A stretch of DNA of 64,000 bases, taken from assembly GCF_964355755.1 (NCBI RefSeq), contig NC_092674.1, positions 5,642,001-5,706,000 on the forward strand. The letters run 5' to 3'. Within the stretch, counting starts at the first letter, position 1, and every line of letters begins with the position of its first letter. This DNA is from Antedon mediterranea (taxonomy: Eukaryota > Animalia > Echinodermata). Position numbers and translations under genes: made by a program. Below are positions 39,018 through 50,780 of the stretch, piece by piece. The notes under the pieces are model-generated. The model searched no databases and was not told the origin of the DNA. It saw only the letters and a program-made list of their open reading frames with translations.

Positions 39018-40779
39018 GTTAAGAAAGATGACCAAAATGAAGAAGAGGATGTGTTAGATTTGAGGAGGATGGATGAGAAAGAGGTTAAGAAAGATGACCA
39101 AAATGAGGAAGAGGATGTGTTAGATTTGAGGAGGATGGATGAGAAAGAGGTTAAGAAAGATGACCAAAATGAGGAAGAGGATGTGTTAGATTTGAGGAGG
39201 ATGGATGAGAAAGAGGTTAAGAAAGATGACCAAAATGAGGAAGAGGATGTGTTAGATTTGAGGAGGATGGATGAGAAAGAGGTTAAGAAAGATTACCAAA
39301 ATGAGGAAGAGGATGTGTTAGATTTGAGGAGGATGGATGAGAAAGAGGTTAAGAAAGATGACCAAAATGAGGAAGAGGATGTGTTAGATTTGAGGAGGAT
39401 GGATGAGAAAGAGGTTAAGAAAGATTACCAAAATGAGGAAGAGGATGTGTTAGATTTGAGGAGGATGGATGAGAAAGAGGTTAAGAAAGATGACCAAAAT
39501 GAGGAAGAGGATGTGTTAGATTTGAGGAGGATGGATGAGAAAGAGGTTAAGAAAGATTACCAAAATGAGGAAGAGGATGTGTTAGATTTGAGGAGGATGG
39601 ATGAGAAAGAGGTTAAGAAAGATGACCAAAATGAAGAAGAGGATGTGTTAGATTTGAGGAGGATGGATGAGAAAGAGGTTAAGAAAGATGACCAAAATGA
39701 GGAAGAGGATGTGTTAGATTTGAGGAGGATGGATGAGAAAGAGGTTAAGAAAGATTACCAAAATGAGGAAGAGGATGTGTTAGATTTGAGGAGGATGGAT
39801 GAGAAAGAGGTTAAGAAAGATGACCAAAATGAGGAAGAGGATGTGTTAGATTTGAGGAGGATGGATGAGAAAGAGGTTAAGAAAGATTACCAAAATGAGG
39901 AAGAGGATGTGTTAGATTTGAGGAGGATGGATGAGAAAGAGGTTAAGAAAGATTACCAAAATGAGGAAGAGGATGTGTTAGATTTGAGGAGGATGGATGA
40001 GAAAGAGGTTAAGAAAGATTACCAAAATGAGGAAGAGGATGTGTTAGATTTGAGGAGGATGGATGAGAAAGAGGTTAAGAAAGATGACCAAAATGAGGAA
40101 GAGGATGTGTTACATTTGAGGAGGATGGATGAGAAAGAGGTTAAGAAAGATGACCAAAATAAGGATGACAATGTGTTAGATTTGAGGAGAATGGAAGAGA
40201 AAAAGGTTTGAGAAAGATTACCAAAAGGAGGATGAGGATGTGTTAGATTTGAGGAGGATGGATGAGAAAGAGGTTAAGAAAGATTACCAAAATGAGGATG
40301 TGTTAGATTTGAGGAGGATGGATGAGAAAGAGGTTAAGAAAGATGACCAAAATAAGGATGACAATGTGTTAGATTTGAGGAGAATGGAAGAGAAAAAGGT
40401 TTGAGAAAGATTACCAAAAGGAGGATGAGGATGTGTTAGATTTGAGGAGGATGGATGAGAAAGAGGTTAAGAAAGATTATCAAAATGAGGATGTGTTAGA
40501 TTTGAGGAGGATGGATGAGAAAGAGGTTAAGAAAGATGACCAAAATAAGGATGACAATGTGTTAGATTTAAGGAGAATGGAAGAGAAAAAGGTTTGAGAA
40601 AGATTACCAAAAGGAGGATGAGGATGTGTTAGATTTGAGGACGATGGATGAGAAAGAGGATGAGAAAGAGGTTGTTGAGAAGGAGGTTGAGAAAGATAGC
40701 CAAAATGAAGATAAGGATGTGTTAGATTTGAGGAGGATGGATGAGAAAGAGGTTGAGAAAGATTACCAAAATGAGGATG
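39018..40779. repeat. Purine-rich 66-bp minisatellite (~27 units) with a 193-bp higher-order repeat at its 3' end
   Basis: Unit gaggatgtgttagatttgaggaggatggatgagaaagaggttaagaaagat(g/t)accaaaatgaggaa, with near-identical copies. It gives a 386-aa repetitive ORF (22-aa unit) that is broken after 40211. Confidence 0.97.
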
Positions 40780-43338
40780 CAAATCGAAAAAGGTTATTTT
40801 GTAATGTTAAATTTTTGTGGGGAGAGATTCCTAACAACCATTAGTGTTATTTCTAAAATACATTTATTACATTTACGAAAAACATGACAATATGAAATGA
40901 ATATGGATAGGATTATAAAATATTCTATACAATGGTAAATATAAATAAAAATGAATGGTTATATTTTGTAGTATAAAAGAAGGATTATATTTTCATTGAT
41001 AAATTGTATAATATCCAGTGTGTACTCAATGTACAAACCATTGATGGATTTATTGAGCATCTACTAAGTATTTCTTGCGTAATGGCAGACAATACTGTCA
41101 TCATCACGCTTTAAACTATGTCAGAAAATACAGCACATCAGCATTTGTGACTCAAGAGTCCTTTTAAATTATTACTGAATTGAGCCGCAATTGCAATGCA
41201 AGTCCCTCCTTTATACAGATTCTTATTAAAAGTCGGCCTGCGGTGATGGAGTATGTAAAATGGGAAAATCAACGATCATAACCGACCATACGTATGACAG
41301 AAACTAAATTACAAATACTTGAGAATTATGCGTTTTATTTCTAAGCGGGGCAGCCTACCTAATTGTTCAATTAAGAATAACATATTTAAACAAGTTCTAC
41401 ACGTTTATCACAACTATTTTTTTTTATATAAACATGTCCTTTTTACTGTAGCTTCAGATGTAGTGTTCCAAAATAAAATAAATATTTTGAATATTTTCTT
41501 TTAAAATAAAAATCATTTTCACAGAAAATCTATATTGTTTTTATATATAACATAAGTTTGATATAAAAAATCATTTACATATCATTATAATACAAATACA
41601 GTATACTCAGTAAATTAAAAGAAAAAAAATTATATTAAAAATATATTTTTTTCATTTATTGTTTACCATCCTTAATTTTTGTTTGATATAAAATACTTAA
41701 ACATTGCATTTGTTCTTATAGTCTTTAGTATTGAAATATAAGTAAACATTATATTTAAGAAGAATTCAATTCAGTACACATTAAAGTTTTTAAGTTAAAG
41801 TTTTCAGTATAGCACATTGCACTGACAATTTATATTGTTTACCAGGTATATAGGTTACCATATTATGTCGTAGGCGGAATTGAAATTGACATTGTTTGAA
41901 ATAATATTTTGAACACTGTAGTGATGCCATGTTTTATTTCTTTCTTGCTAATAAATCGGTTGGTGATAAATTTTTCCCAACTAAAAGTACCGACTGAAGT
42001 CTCTCTCAGTTTGCGTAAAAGTGTTGGTTTTGAAAAATTATATATATATGGCCGACTTCTGTCGTAAACGATAATGTCAATTAGTCTTACATTCATCCGA
42101 ATGATGACTAAGCTAGGACTGTTTAAAACACCTTTGGCTGGTCCCAAAATTGACCAAGGGCATCTCTCGTCCAGTGCCTACCTTAACCATACCTTTGAAA
42201 ATATAGATCATAAGCATGATTTAACCACTCACCATTCTCCCCCCTACCCTCTTCCCCCACAGCCTCAAAACACCTCTTTTCTCACTTTAAATCCATCCCC
42301 CATGGAATATATATTATATTTTAACTGTTTATGTGTAAATCTACCTTGCTTTAAGTAGTTGAAATTGTCTATTTTTTATGTTTTTGCAATTTTCTCTCAA
42401 AAAATGATCTCAAACTATTTCACTTAAACAACCTGTCCATTTTCCTAATTGTTCACACATATGCACATTTACGTATGAAACAAAATTATTCTTTTTAAAT
42501 GAGATTTTCATAATGTACGAGTCTACAGGTAAAGGGATATGTGCTGATAATGACACCGGTTTCCGCGTTTAGATATACGTGTGATAACGATCGATACGTT
42601 ATACATTTTGTAAGAGTAGAACTTTGAAATTATAGAACGTTATTGTATATACCTTCTGAGTTTTCTTTCAGATTTAAACTAATTTATATATTTAATTTGT
42701 GAGTTGTGCATTTGTGATTAAATTTTTTTTAAACTCAAGAATTAGAAGTTATTGACATTTTTTATTAACTATATTTCTTTTTTTATCTGTTGTTTGAAAT
42801 TGAAAAAAATTAATTCCGATTAAACATTTTTAAAGATAACAACATGAATAAATGTGTACAACAATGTTCCACACATTTTAATTAAATTACTTTCAAATGG
42901 GATGTGTTAATTAAAAGGTGTCAAAATGCTTATTAAAAGCAATTTATTACAGTTAATTATATTTAGGAAATGAAATTTACTAATTAAGATAGTTAGGACT
43001 TTAATTATGAGAAGGTTATGTTGATCAACTAATAATAGGGTTTTTGCGTTCAATTAAGTACCACAGCATGCTTTATGCAAATGTGCCGGACAGCCATGTT
43101 TACAGTGTTAGAAAACGGTTTTTTTGCGTTAAAAAAAATATACACTTATATTATATAACATATTTGATATCTGTATGTCATTAATAGTTTTACACATTAT
43201 TGTAGAAATCAATCAAATATTTATTTTATTTGCATACTGCCCTCAATGGGTATAGCTAAAATCAATCAGAAACTACTGTATGTGTTTTTTTGTAAAATTA
43301 AAACCTGCGAATATTATGCAAAATATTTTGAATGGCAG

Positions 43339-43905
43339 TATCATCACCATTGTAATCATTATTGTCATTTTTATCAATGTAATCATTATCATATTTATCT
43401 TTATCAATCCTCATCTTTATCACCATTATTATCATCATATTCATCTTCATCAATATCATCATCATCTTTATCACCATTATTATTATCATACTCATCTTCA
43501 ATCAATATCATCATCTTTATCACCATTATTATTATTATCATCTTCATCAATATCATCATCATCATCTTCATCAATATCATCTTTATCACTATTATTATTA
43601 TTATCATGTTCATCTTCATCAATATGATCATCATCATTTTTATCACCATTATTATCATGTTCATCTTCATCAGTATCATCATCATCTGTATCATCTTTAT
43701 CACCATTATTATTATCATGTTCATCAATATCATCATCATCATTATCATCTTTATCACCATTATTATTATTTTTATCTTTGTCAATATCATTATCTTTATC
43801 ACCATTATTATTATCACTCATCTTCAACATTAATATGATGCTTATCATCATCGGCATCATCATCAACATCATACTTGTCAAAATCATCATCAATAATAAA
43901 CTCAT
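43339..43905. repeat. Compound (ATC)n/(ATT)n-derived minisatellite, ~45-65-bp units
   Basis: Recurrent atctttatcaccattattatt...tcatcttcatcaatatcatcatc. The trinucleotide makeup explains the overlapping Ile/Met- and Asp/Asn-rich ORFs. Confidence 0.9.
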
Positions 43906-44993
43906 TCAATTATCTTTGTAATTATTATTACAGTATTACGTTTATCTTCACCTTCACTAAAAACAAAAATTTGGTTTCAAAAATATTTTGGGAAGGAGAT
44001 GAATTTTTTCAATTTTACCAGTATTATCAAATTTGAATATAGAATACAAAATATATACAATATTGATTATAATCCTGATCATTAATCTTTATTGAATATG
44101 AGCATTTTAAGAAATTAATTGATAAGTAATAACATTCTAAATCTAATGTTTTAGACATAAAATTGATTTCAATTTACTGAGTGAATATAAGCCATATAAT
44201 ACTTTATAATTACTGTAAATTAACTATAATGCACTAAATGCCATATTTTGATTAACATAATAACTGAAGCGATTAATTTTAATATTTTGTCAGGTCACTA
44301 ACCACGTAGATAGTGCTTTAAAACACATTTAAAAAATGTCTCTGACATTCTGGGAGCAGCTAACAGATTTTCACGTTTTGTCTCTAATAGTCAGTTGAAC
44401 AGATTACTTATAGAAAAGTCCTTTCGCATTCTTTGATCTCGTGACAATGGGCCAATATATCAAGTCTATAGATATTCAATGGCGAAACATAGATAAATGC
44501 TTGAGCTTTAACGACCCGTTTCATTAGGGCAGCGCGGACGAAGAATCATAAATATATTCTGCATGTTGGAATATCATTAGTTGAATGCATGGTAATAGTG
44601 TTTGCATGTAATGAGTGTCAGATGAGAAATTTAATGCATGTGTCTCTGAGCAAGTGTTTTCCAACAAATGATATTTTGTAGATTTCTCTAAATATTATTT
44701 TGTATGATGAATCATAAAGTATTAGTAATATAAAGAAATGACAATTGTAATACAACAAGCAATTTTTTTATAATTTTTTTTTATTACAGTTTTTTAAAGG
44801 GTTTCAAAATGTTGCCAACTAACAAAAATCGTCATGTAGTTTATAGCAATATTTGTGCTGTTGAAGAGAAAGGGGAAATTCATTTGACCTCCTGCCCACT
44901 CCCCCTCTACATGGGTTTAGTTTACATTCTCACTGTATTCTTGTTATGTTCCATTGTAATGATATTATTTTGAGTACCATATATGCTGGAGTG

Positions 44994-45044
44994 TAACCCT
45001 AACCCTAACCCTACCCCCACCCCTAACCCTACCCCCACCCCTAA
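44994..45044. repeat. Short interstitial telomere-like (CCCTAA)n tract with variant units
   Basis: taaccctaaccctaaccctacccccacccctaaccctacccccacccctaa. Confidence 0.75.
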
Positions 45045-47095
45045 TTTAGACAAATTCGGACATGACTAACAATTCCATTGTTATGCAATCCCAGTACAAT
45101 CCCAACTCCAATCTCCAAATTTCAAACCCAGGCTCCAAATTTTCAAATTAGTAAACCATATGCTATATTTACAGTTCTTTAACATATTATTCAATATCAA
45201 CCCACAATTATTGATATAGAAATTAGGTCAGCTGAACAGAAGGTTAATGCAGTATTATATAATCAAGCCATGGCAACTATATTAATTTTATTTTGATAGT
45301 ATATTATTTTCATTATGTTCTTGTTTTTCCAAGAATCTATTTTTATCTATGCCATTTAGCCTGTTTTAAGTATTGAATAAGCTGTATATTTATTCATGGA
45401 ATATTATAAATTTATCAATGATTGAACGCAGCAAGGCAATCTATCAGTCATATTGTAGATGCATATTATGAGGCGGTTTTCCTTTCATCCTGTTATTACT
45501 GAATATCATTTCAAAAATTTATGAATTAAAATCAATTTTGCTGCTTGCTGACATTTATTTCCAGAGTAGTAGACATTTGTACTTCATGCTACATGTAAAG
45601 TGTATCAAACATTTGTATGTGGTCTCTAGGCTATTATAAAAAGGTAAATGTAAATATGTATATTTTTTGGGAATGAAGAAAAATTGGACCCATAGCCCAC
45701 AGCAGGCACACGGTAGCCATTACGTGATATCCTCATCACTTTTACAAATTTGATATGTATGTGGACCTGAAGCAATGAGAGTAATAAAGCATCTTGGACA
45801 CTAAGGTAAGGCAGTTGTAACACATGACATTACAGACTGGTTCCTTGTGTCATGTCTTGCTCATTTGTGGTATTGTAGGTTGGTTGTAAATGCTTTGCTT
45901 ACTTTTAATTTTTAACCCAGGGTCTGGCTGGCTTTCTAATTAATTATATTAAGGTGGTACTTTCTTATGTGATGAAGAAGGAGCAATAGACATTTCATAT
46001 GACCAACCCCTATTCAGACGATACCTCAAAGACACCTTGTTAGGTCCTGAAGGTGTTCTACTGTACTATGATTTTTCTCATAGTCAGAAACATCACCATT
46101 CCTCCTACTCATAAGGATAAGGTTCAAATCTTGTAAATTTGTTTGAAATGTAAATAAACATCAAGCCTGTTCTGTTCCCTTACGTTCTTTACAGTCTTGT
46201 CATTGATCTGCGTTCTCTCCAGCACACAAACCTGAGCAAATATAAGCATTCTAACCAATGTTTTCACAATATAATTTATTGGATTTCTTGTTATACAGTA
46301 AATACTAATTATATATTGAAATATAAGTTGATCACATTTATATTGTCAATCCATATGTATTTGTTACATGCAATTTTAAATTACTAACATTTAGCTAAAT
46401 ACACTACACAAAAAAAAAAATTAATGGAATTCTGTAAATAGATACATCTGTACTAATATGATAAATGAATCTGTTGAGTTTAGTTTATTTTAAAATTACC
46501 TTGTAAAACATTGTGGAAAAATGATTGCCAACCTTGGTACTAGTATAACTTTTGCACAATCTTTAAACATCTAAAATAAAAAAAAACTATAAGAATGTAA
46601 GTCTACTTATTATGGGTTTCAAGATAGCCCTAAGTTCCCATCTACACCCCACACAGGTTATATATATTTGGCGGCGATAGCCTCAGGTCACACCCCCACA
46701 ATTGATCTCACCCACTCAAGTGAATGGGTCCTCCTAATCCTTATCAATCAAGATATTTATACAAAACCTACTAATTACTATGATTTATGAGTTGTGAAAA
46801 CTAGTGCAAATATATTTATATTGTTATATTTTGAAATTAAGGTTGATTTTTGTTATGGTTTTGTTGTGTACTATAGAATCAATATTTTATCAATTATGTA
46901 TTATTTTCATTTTTTTGGCAACTTCTATAGAAACAGAAAAATGCATTTTATGTTTAAACTATGATGTGTAAAATGCTCCTTAACCTTTGTTTCTACTTAT
47001 ACACAATGCAACGATGTAGACGCAGTGCAAGTGAGTTGACCAATCATAAGCGCTAGTTTGCATGATCCATGTAACTCCCAGTAACCCACCGTAGC

Positions 47096-47337
47096 GCCAC
47101 CCCAATTTAATGAAGTGGCGTAAGAGGCTGGCAGGTCGTACCAGACACTTTAGTAGCCTCCCTCTTCTTCTTAAAGCCACCCCAATTTAATGAAGTGGCG
47201 TAAGAGGCTGGCAGGTCGTATCAGACACTTTAGTAACCTCCCCCCTCTTCTTAAAGCCACCCCAATTTAATGAAGTGGCGTAAGAGGCTGGCAGGTCGTA
47301 CCAGACACTTTAGTAGCCTCCCTCTTCTTCTTAAAGC
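47096..47337. repeat. 80-bp tandem repeat, 3 copies
   Basis: gccaccccaatttaatgaagtggcgtaagaggctggcaggtcgta(c/t)cagacactttagta(g/a)cctccc...cttcttaaa starts at 47096, 47176 and 47256. Copies 1 and 3 appear identical. Confidence 0.95.
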
Positions 47338-47404
47338 ATTTCCATGTGTCTTGAATCATCAAATTACTTGTGGAGCGCTTTCTTTCTTGTCCAAGCAAGC
47401 CAAT

Positions 47405-47442
47405 CATAGAGATATTATAGTGAACACTATAATATCTCTATG
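47405..47442. mobile_element. 38-bp perfect hairpin insertion with 7-bp TSD (P-superfamily-like remnant)
   Basis: AGCCAAT|CATAGAGATATTATAGTG AA CACTATAATATCTCTATG|AGCCAAT. Confidence 0.75.
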
Positions 47443-47745
47443 AGCCAATCTAACATCGGGACACTGAGCTAGCCTTGTCAAAATAGGAACTCGTAACAGT
47501 CCTTTGACCTTAGGTATTATGTACATATTTTTGCGCAGTGTACAGTGTCAAGGGGCGTGGAACTGATTGTGCCGTAGCCATAGATAAACCCTTTGATCTC
47601 CACAGCTCATCATCCTGTTGTTAAATTGCCTTGGTCCAAGTGAGACCAAGTTATAAATATGGTACAGTATGTTATCCCCGAATCAGTAAGCGTACCCTCC
47701 CCACCCCCACCCCCACCCATATTTATATTTCAAATCTTTTATTCT

Positions 47746-48060
47746 ATTATATTATTATTATTATTATTACTGCCTTTCCGCTGAAAAGTCTGCCGACATT
47801 TCCGCTTGGGCTGCTCCGTAAATCTCTTTTACTAGTTTCTTCCAGTCTGATCTTTCATTGGCTAGTTCTTTAAGTTGTTTCATGTCTTTCTTGGTTTTCA
47901 ATTGTCCGGGATACTTAATGTCTGTATTATGCTTATAAAGGGTGAGTAGGTCGTTGCTGAGAGTTATTGGTAGGGTGGTTCTCGGTCTTCCTCGAAATTT
48001 TATATTGGTAGTGTTGCTGAAATAATAGCTTATTGCTGTATTGGCTGGTGTATTGCTTTC
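47746..48060 (-). mobile_element. 5'-truncated RTE-clade LINE 3' end with (TAA)n tail
   Basis: Uninterrupted minus frame ESNTPANTAISYYFSNTTNIKFRGRPRTTLPITLSNDLLTLYKHNTDIKYPGQLKTKKDMKQLKELANERSDWKKLVKEIYGAAQAEMSADFSAERQ*, followed directly by (TAA)n. RGRP and LAxxRxxW are typical RTE C-terminal motifs. It has no start codon, so the ORF track misses it. Confidence 0.85.
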
Positions 48061-48662
48061 TGTTATTATGCAGTTTGTTTAGACTGGGTTACTAAAGAAA
48101 ACAAAATCAGACTAAATCAACAGTGATTGATAGGATTTGCCTGATTAATTGCAATTACTTACATCACCTACAAGTACCTTGAGAATATCATAGGTGTGAA
48201 CAATAGCACCATTATCATAACCATTATAAATAATTAATAGCTATTATTTTCAAGTTTACAGACTCAATAAATACAATTGTTCATATTACTCGTTATGTAA
48301 ACCTGAATAAACAATCAATAAACTATAGTTAACCGTAATCGCAAATATTGCGTTGTTAACGAAGAATATATTTGGTGTATTTACAACGCGTTATACTAGA
48401 TTTACATTTCCGTAAATCGGTCAAATTTGATTGAATTTATCAAGGTAAATTAAATCAGCATTGAGAATTAAAATCAAATTATTATTCTGTCAGAACAGAT
48501 AGATAAATTCAGGATATTAGGATTTATTAATATGGTCGGAATTTCTTTACTGAAGATTATTGATGATGTAATAAAAGGTTGATCAAATCTTTAAAAGCCT
48601 CAATGTATGACCTACCCCGCAGGCTGTTTAAACTTTATTTCATAGTTTGTTATTCTTGATTT

Positions 48663-48960
48663 TAATAATAATAATAATAATATTTATTTCCACAAATAAT
48701 AAAACAAAATACAGAGTAGCATAATACTGTAAATATACAACTGATAATGAACATAAATAATATAATGCAAGAAAAGAAGTTGGTAAGTGGAAAAGGGACG
48801 CCACAGCAAGCAAGCTTTAATTTGGGCGCCCCTCTCAATAGTGAAACAACTTAAACTTTAACATTTTAAAATATTGATATTAATTATTATAAAAACAACA
48901 ATTGATAATTCAGTTATATGTGATTACAAATTATACAATTTTCACATAAACACCTATTTT
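48663..48960 (-). mobile_element. Probable CR1/L2-type LINE 3' UTR fragment
   Basis: The minus strand has a GC stem (gggcgcc...ggcgtccc), then a U-rich stretch, then ggaaataaa and an (ATT)n tail. No coding remnant recognised; the 5' boundary is approximate. Confidence 0.45.
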
Positions 48961-49079
48961 GTACAACCACTCGTTTCATTTTTGCTTTTTACTTGAATCA
49001 AAATGGAATGTAAGTTTTAATGTTATAGAAGATGTTATTTTAGATTGTATATTTTATAAATTTAAATGGTATCATAAAC

Positions 49080-49223
49080 AATTCTCCCCTCTTAAAGGTT
49101 GTCCCCAGAACGGTTGCATAGTGTTAAAACATACAGGTTTTCTTCATTTGTTTAATGAGAAAGTGTCCCATTAATAAGAATGTCCCCTTAATAGAGGTGT
49201 CCCAAAGGAGAGGTCCTACTGTA
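49080..49223. mobile_element. Tc1/mariner/pogo-type MITE end fragment
   Basis: Ends ...gtgtccc..taat..ga.tgtccccttaatagaggtgtcccaaaggagaggtcctACTG|TA, with subterminal repeats. A related end lies at 62510-62570. Confidence 0.55.
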
Positions 49224-50780
49224 CATTTCCTTTTAATGTATGTTACAATACTATACTTTATGATGCAAGGTGCATTGATGTTTAAACCTAAACAGTCTTT
49301 TGATCAAAATATTGTGTAGGTTTTTTGGGCGATAAATCCATCACTTTGTATCCAACAATACTGATATATTCGATTAATTTACGGAAATAATAGGTGTTAT
49401 TAAGTTTGTAAATAATATATTAAATATTTGCGATTATGGTTGACTACTTTACTGTATCTTTTAATTTGAATCACAAGAGTGACATTTATAAAAAGATATG
49501 TTTTTATTAATTACACCTACTCAAGAATAGGTTGATGAATCACCTCATAAAAACCTCGCACCTGGTTCCAATTCAATATAAGATTCAAGATTTAAAAACG
49601 ATTCTTTTTCTAGCCCCAATAATCATTTTCTAGCCCCAAGGAAAGAACTTATTGATTCGAGTTATGCTGCTTTCTGCCTTAAAATCGTTCTGTATACATC
49701 TAACGAGGTGAACCTTTTGAACTTGTTTCCTGTAATCTGTGTTTGATTGGTACCTCCCTTCTATTTATTGATGTTGAGGTGTAGATTTGGAGCTTAGCTA
49801 GAATTAAAGTTAGATGAGGTGTTTGATGCAACACTCCTTTGATGGTAAAGATGTAAACAATTTCCTACTTTCTTCTACTTGATATACAGATGATCTATCT
49901 ATATTTATATGTTCACAGTATTTTCATGGAGGATTGAAGGTTTGAACGAACCTCCTATTTCCCGAAGTGCCTTTTCAAACTAGATAATAAAAATGATGGT
50001 AAATAGGCTTAAACTAGCCCGGGCCTAAATAAGGTACAGTACGGATTTTTTCTTTGTAAAAATCTGGCTAAGGGCATATGTACCATATACCAAGCTATTC
50101 TCTTCTCTGATGAGATAGACGCTCTCCGTCTCTCAATGTGGCATGGTGAAACAACATTTGTTTTGATGTGTCGGTGCACGCCGACGCTTATCACATTTCA
50201 AAGGGTAATACTCTAAAAGGAACGACATCAATTTGATTCTAGAAAAAAAGAACATTAAACTTTTGCTACCTTAATCGGCTTTGGCTTACAGCTGAATCCA
50301 TCATTGGTTCGTCATAATTGTCAAGAACACTTAGCGCCAATTAGTTGTTAAACAGTCGCTTAATTAGTTTCCTCCATGATCCAGATCTCACTAATTCCAT
50401 CACAAATTATAAGACACTTTTTGGAAAACTAGACTAATATGTTAACAAGCTCAAAAAATTAAAAAAACATTGTTATATATCTTTAGTTTTTGTATCGATT
50501 CAAATGCCTTGTTTATCCAATAGAAATCATCCCTCGTTAGTGTGTAGTGCTTATAGAAGTCACGATCATAACATTATAGAATCTGTTACAGAAACGTACT
50601 GTGTTTTGCACAAATAGAATAAGATTACTAAAACAACACGTCTATTCTCTTTACCTCTCATTCTTATGTTATTCTTTGTTATATAATAATCTCCATCTTC
50701 TTTACTGTATTATCTTTTGGAATTTATAACATCCAGTGATAAGTTTACTCTTCTACAGAACTCTGATTGCTTCTGGTCAG

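Noticed and set aside
39051-40211. 386-aa ORF as a bona fide gene
   Set aside because: It lies wholly within a tandem array, starts at GTG just after an in-frame stop, has no unique domain, and the array frameshifts downstream. Kept only as a hypothesis in findings.
43246-43905. Overlapping Ile-, His-, Met- and Asp-rich ORFs
   Set aside because: They are by-products of (ATC/ATT)n sequence, which lacks stops in several frames.
49918-49961. CATGGAGG...CCTC with flanks GTATTTT/CTATTTC as another 7-bp-TSD hairpin
   Set aside because: The right terminus lacks CATG and the flanks differ at 2 of 7 positions, too degenerate to count.
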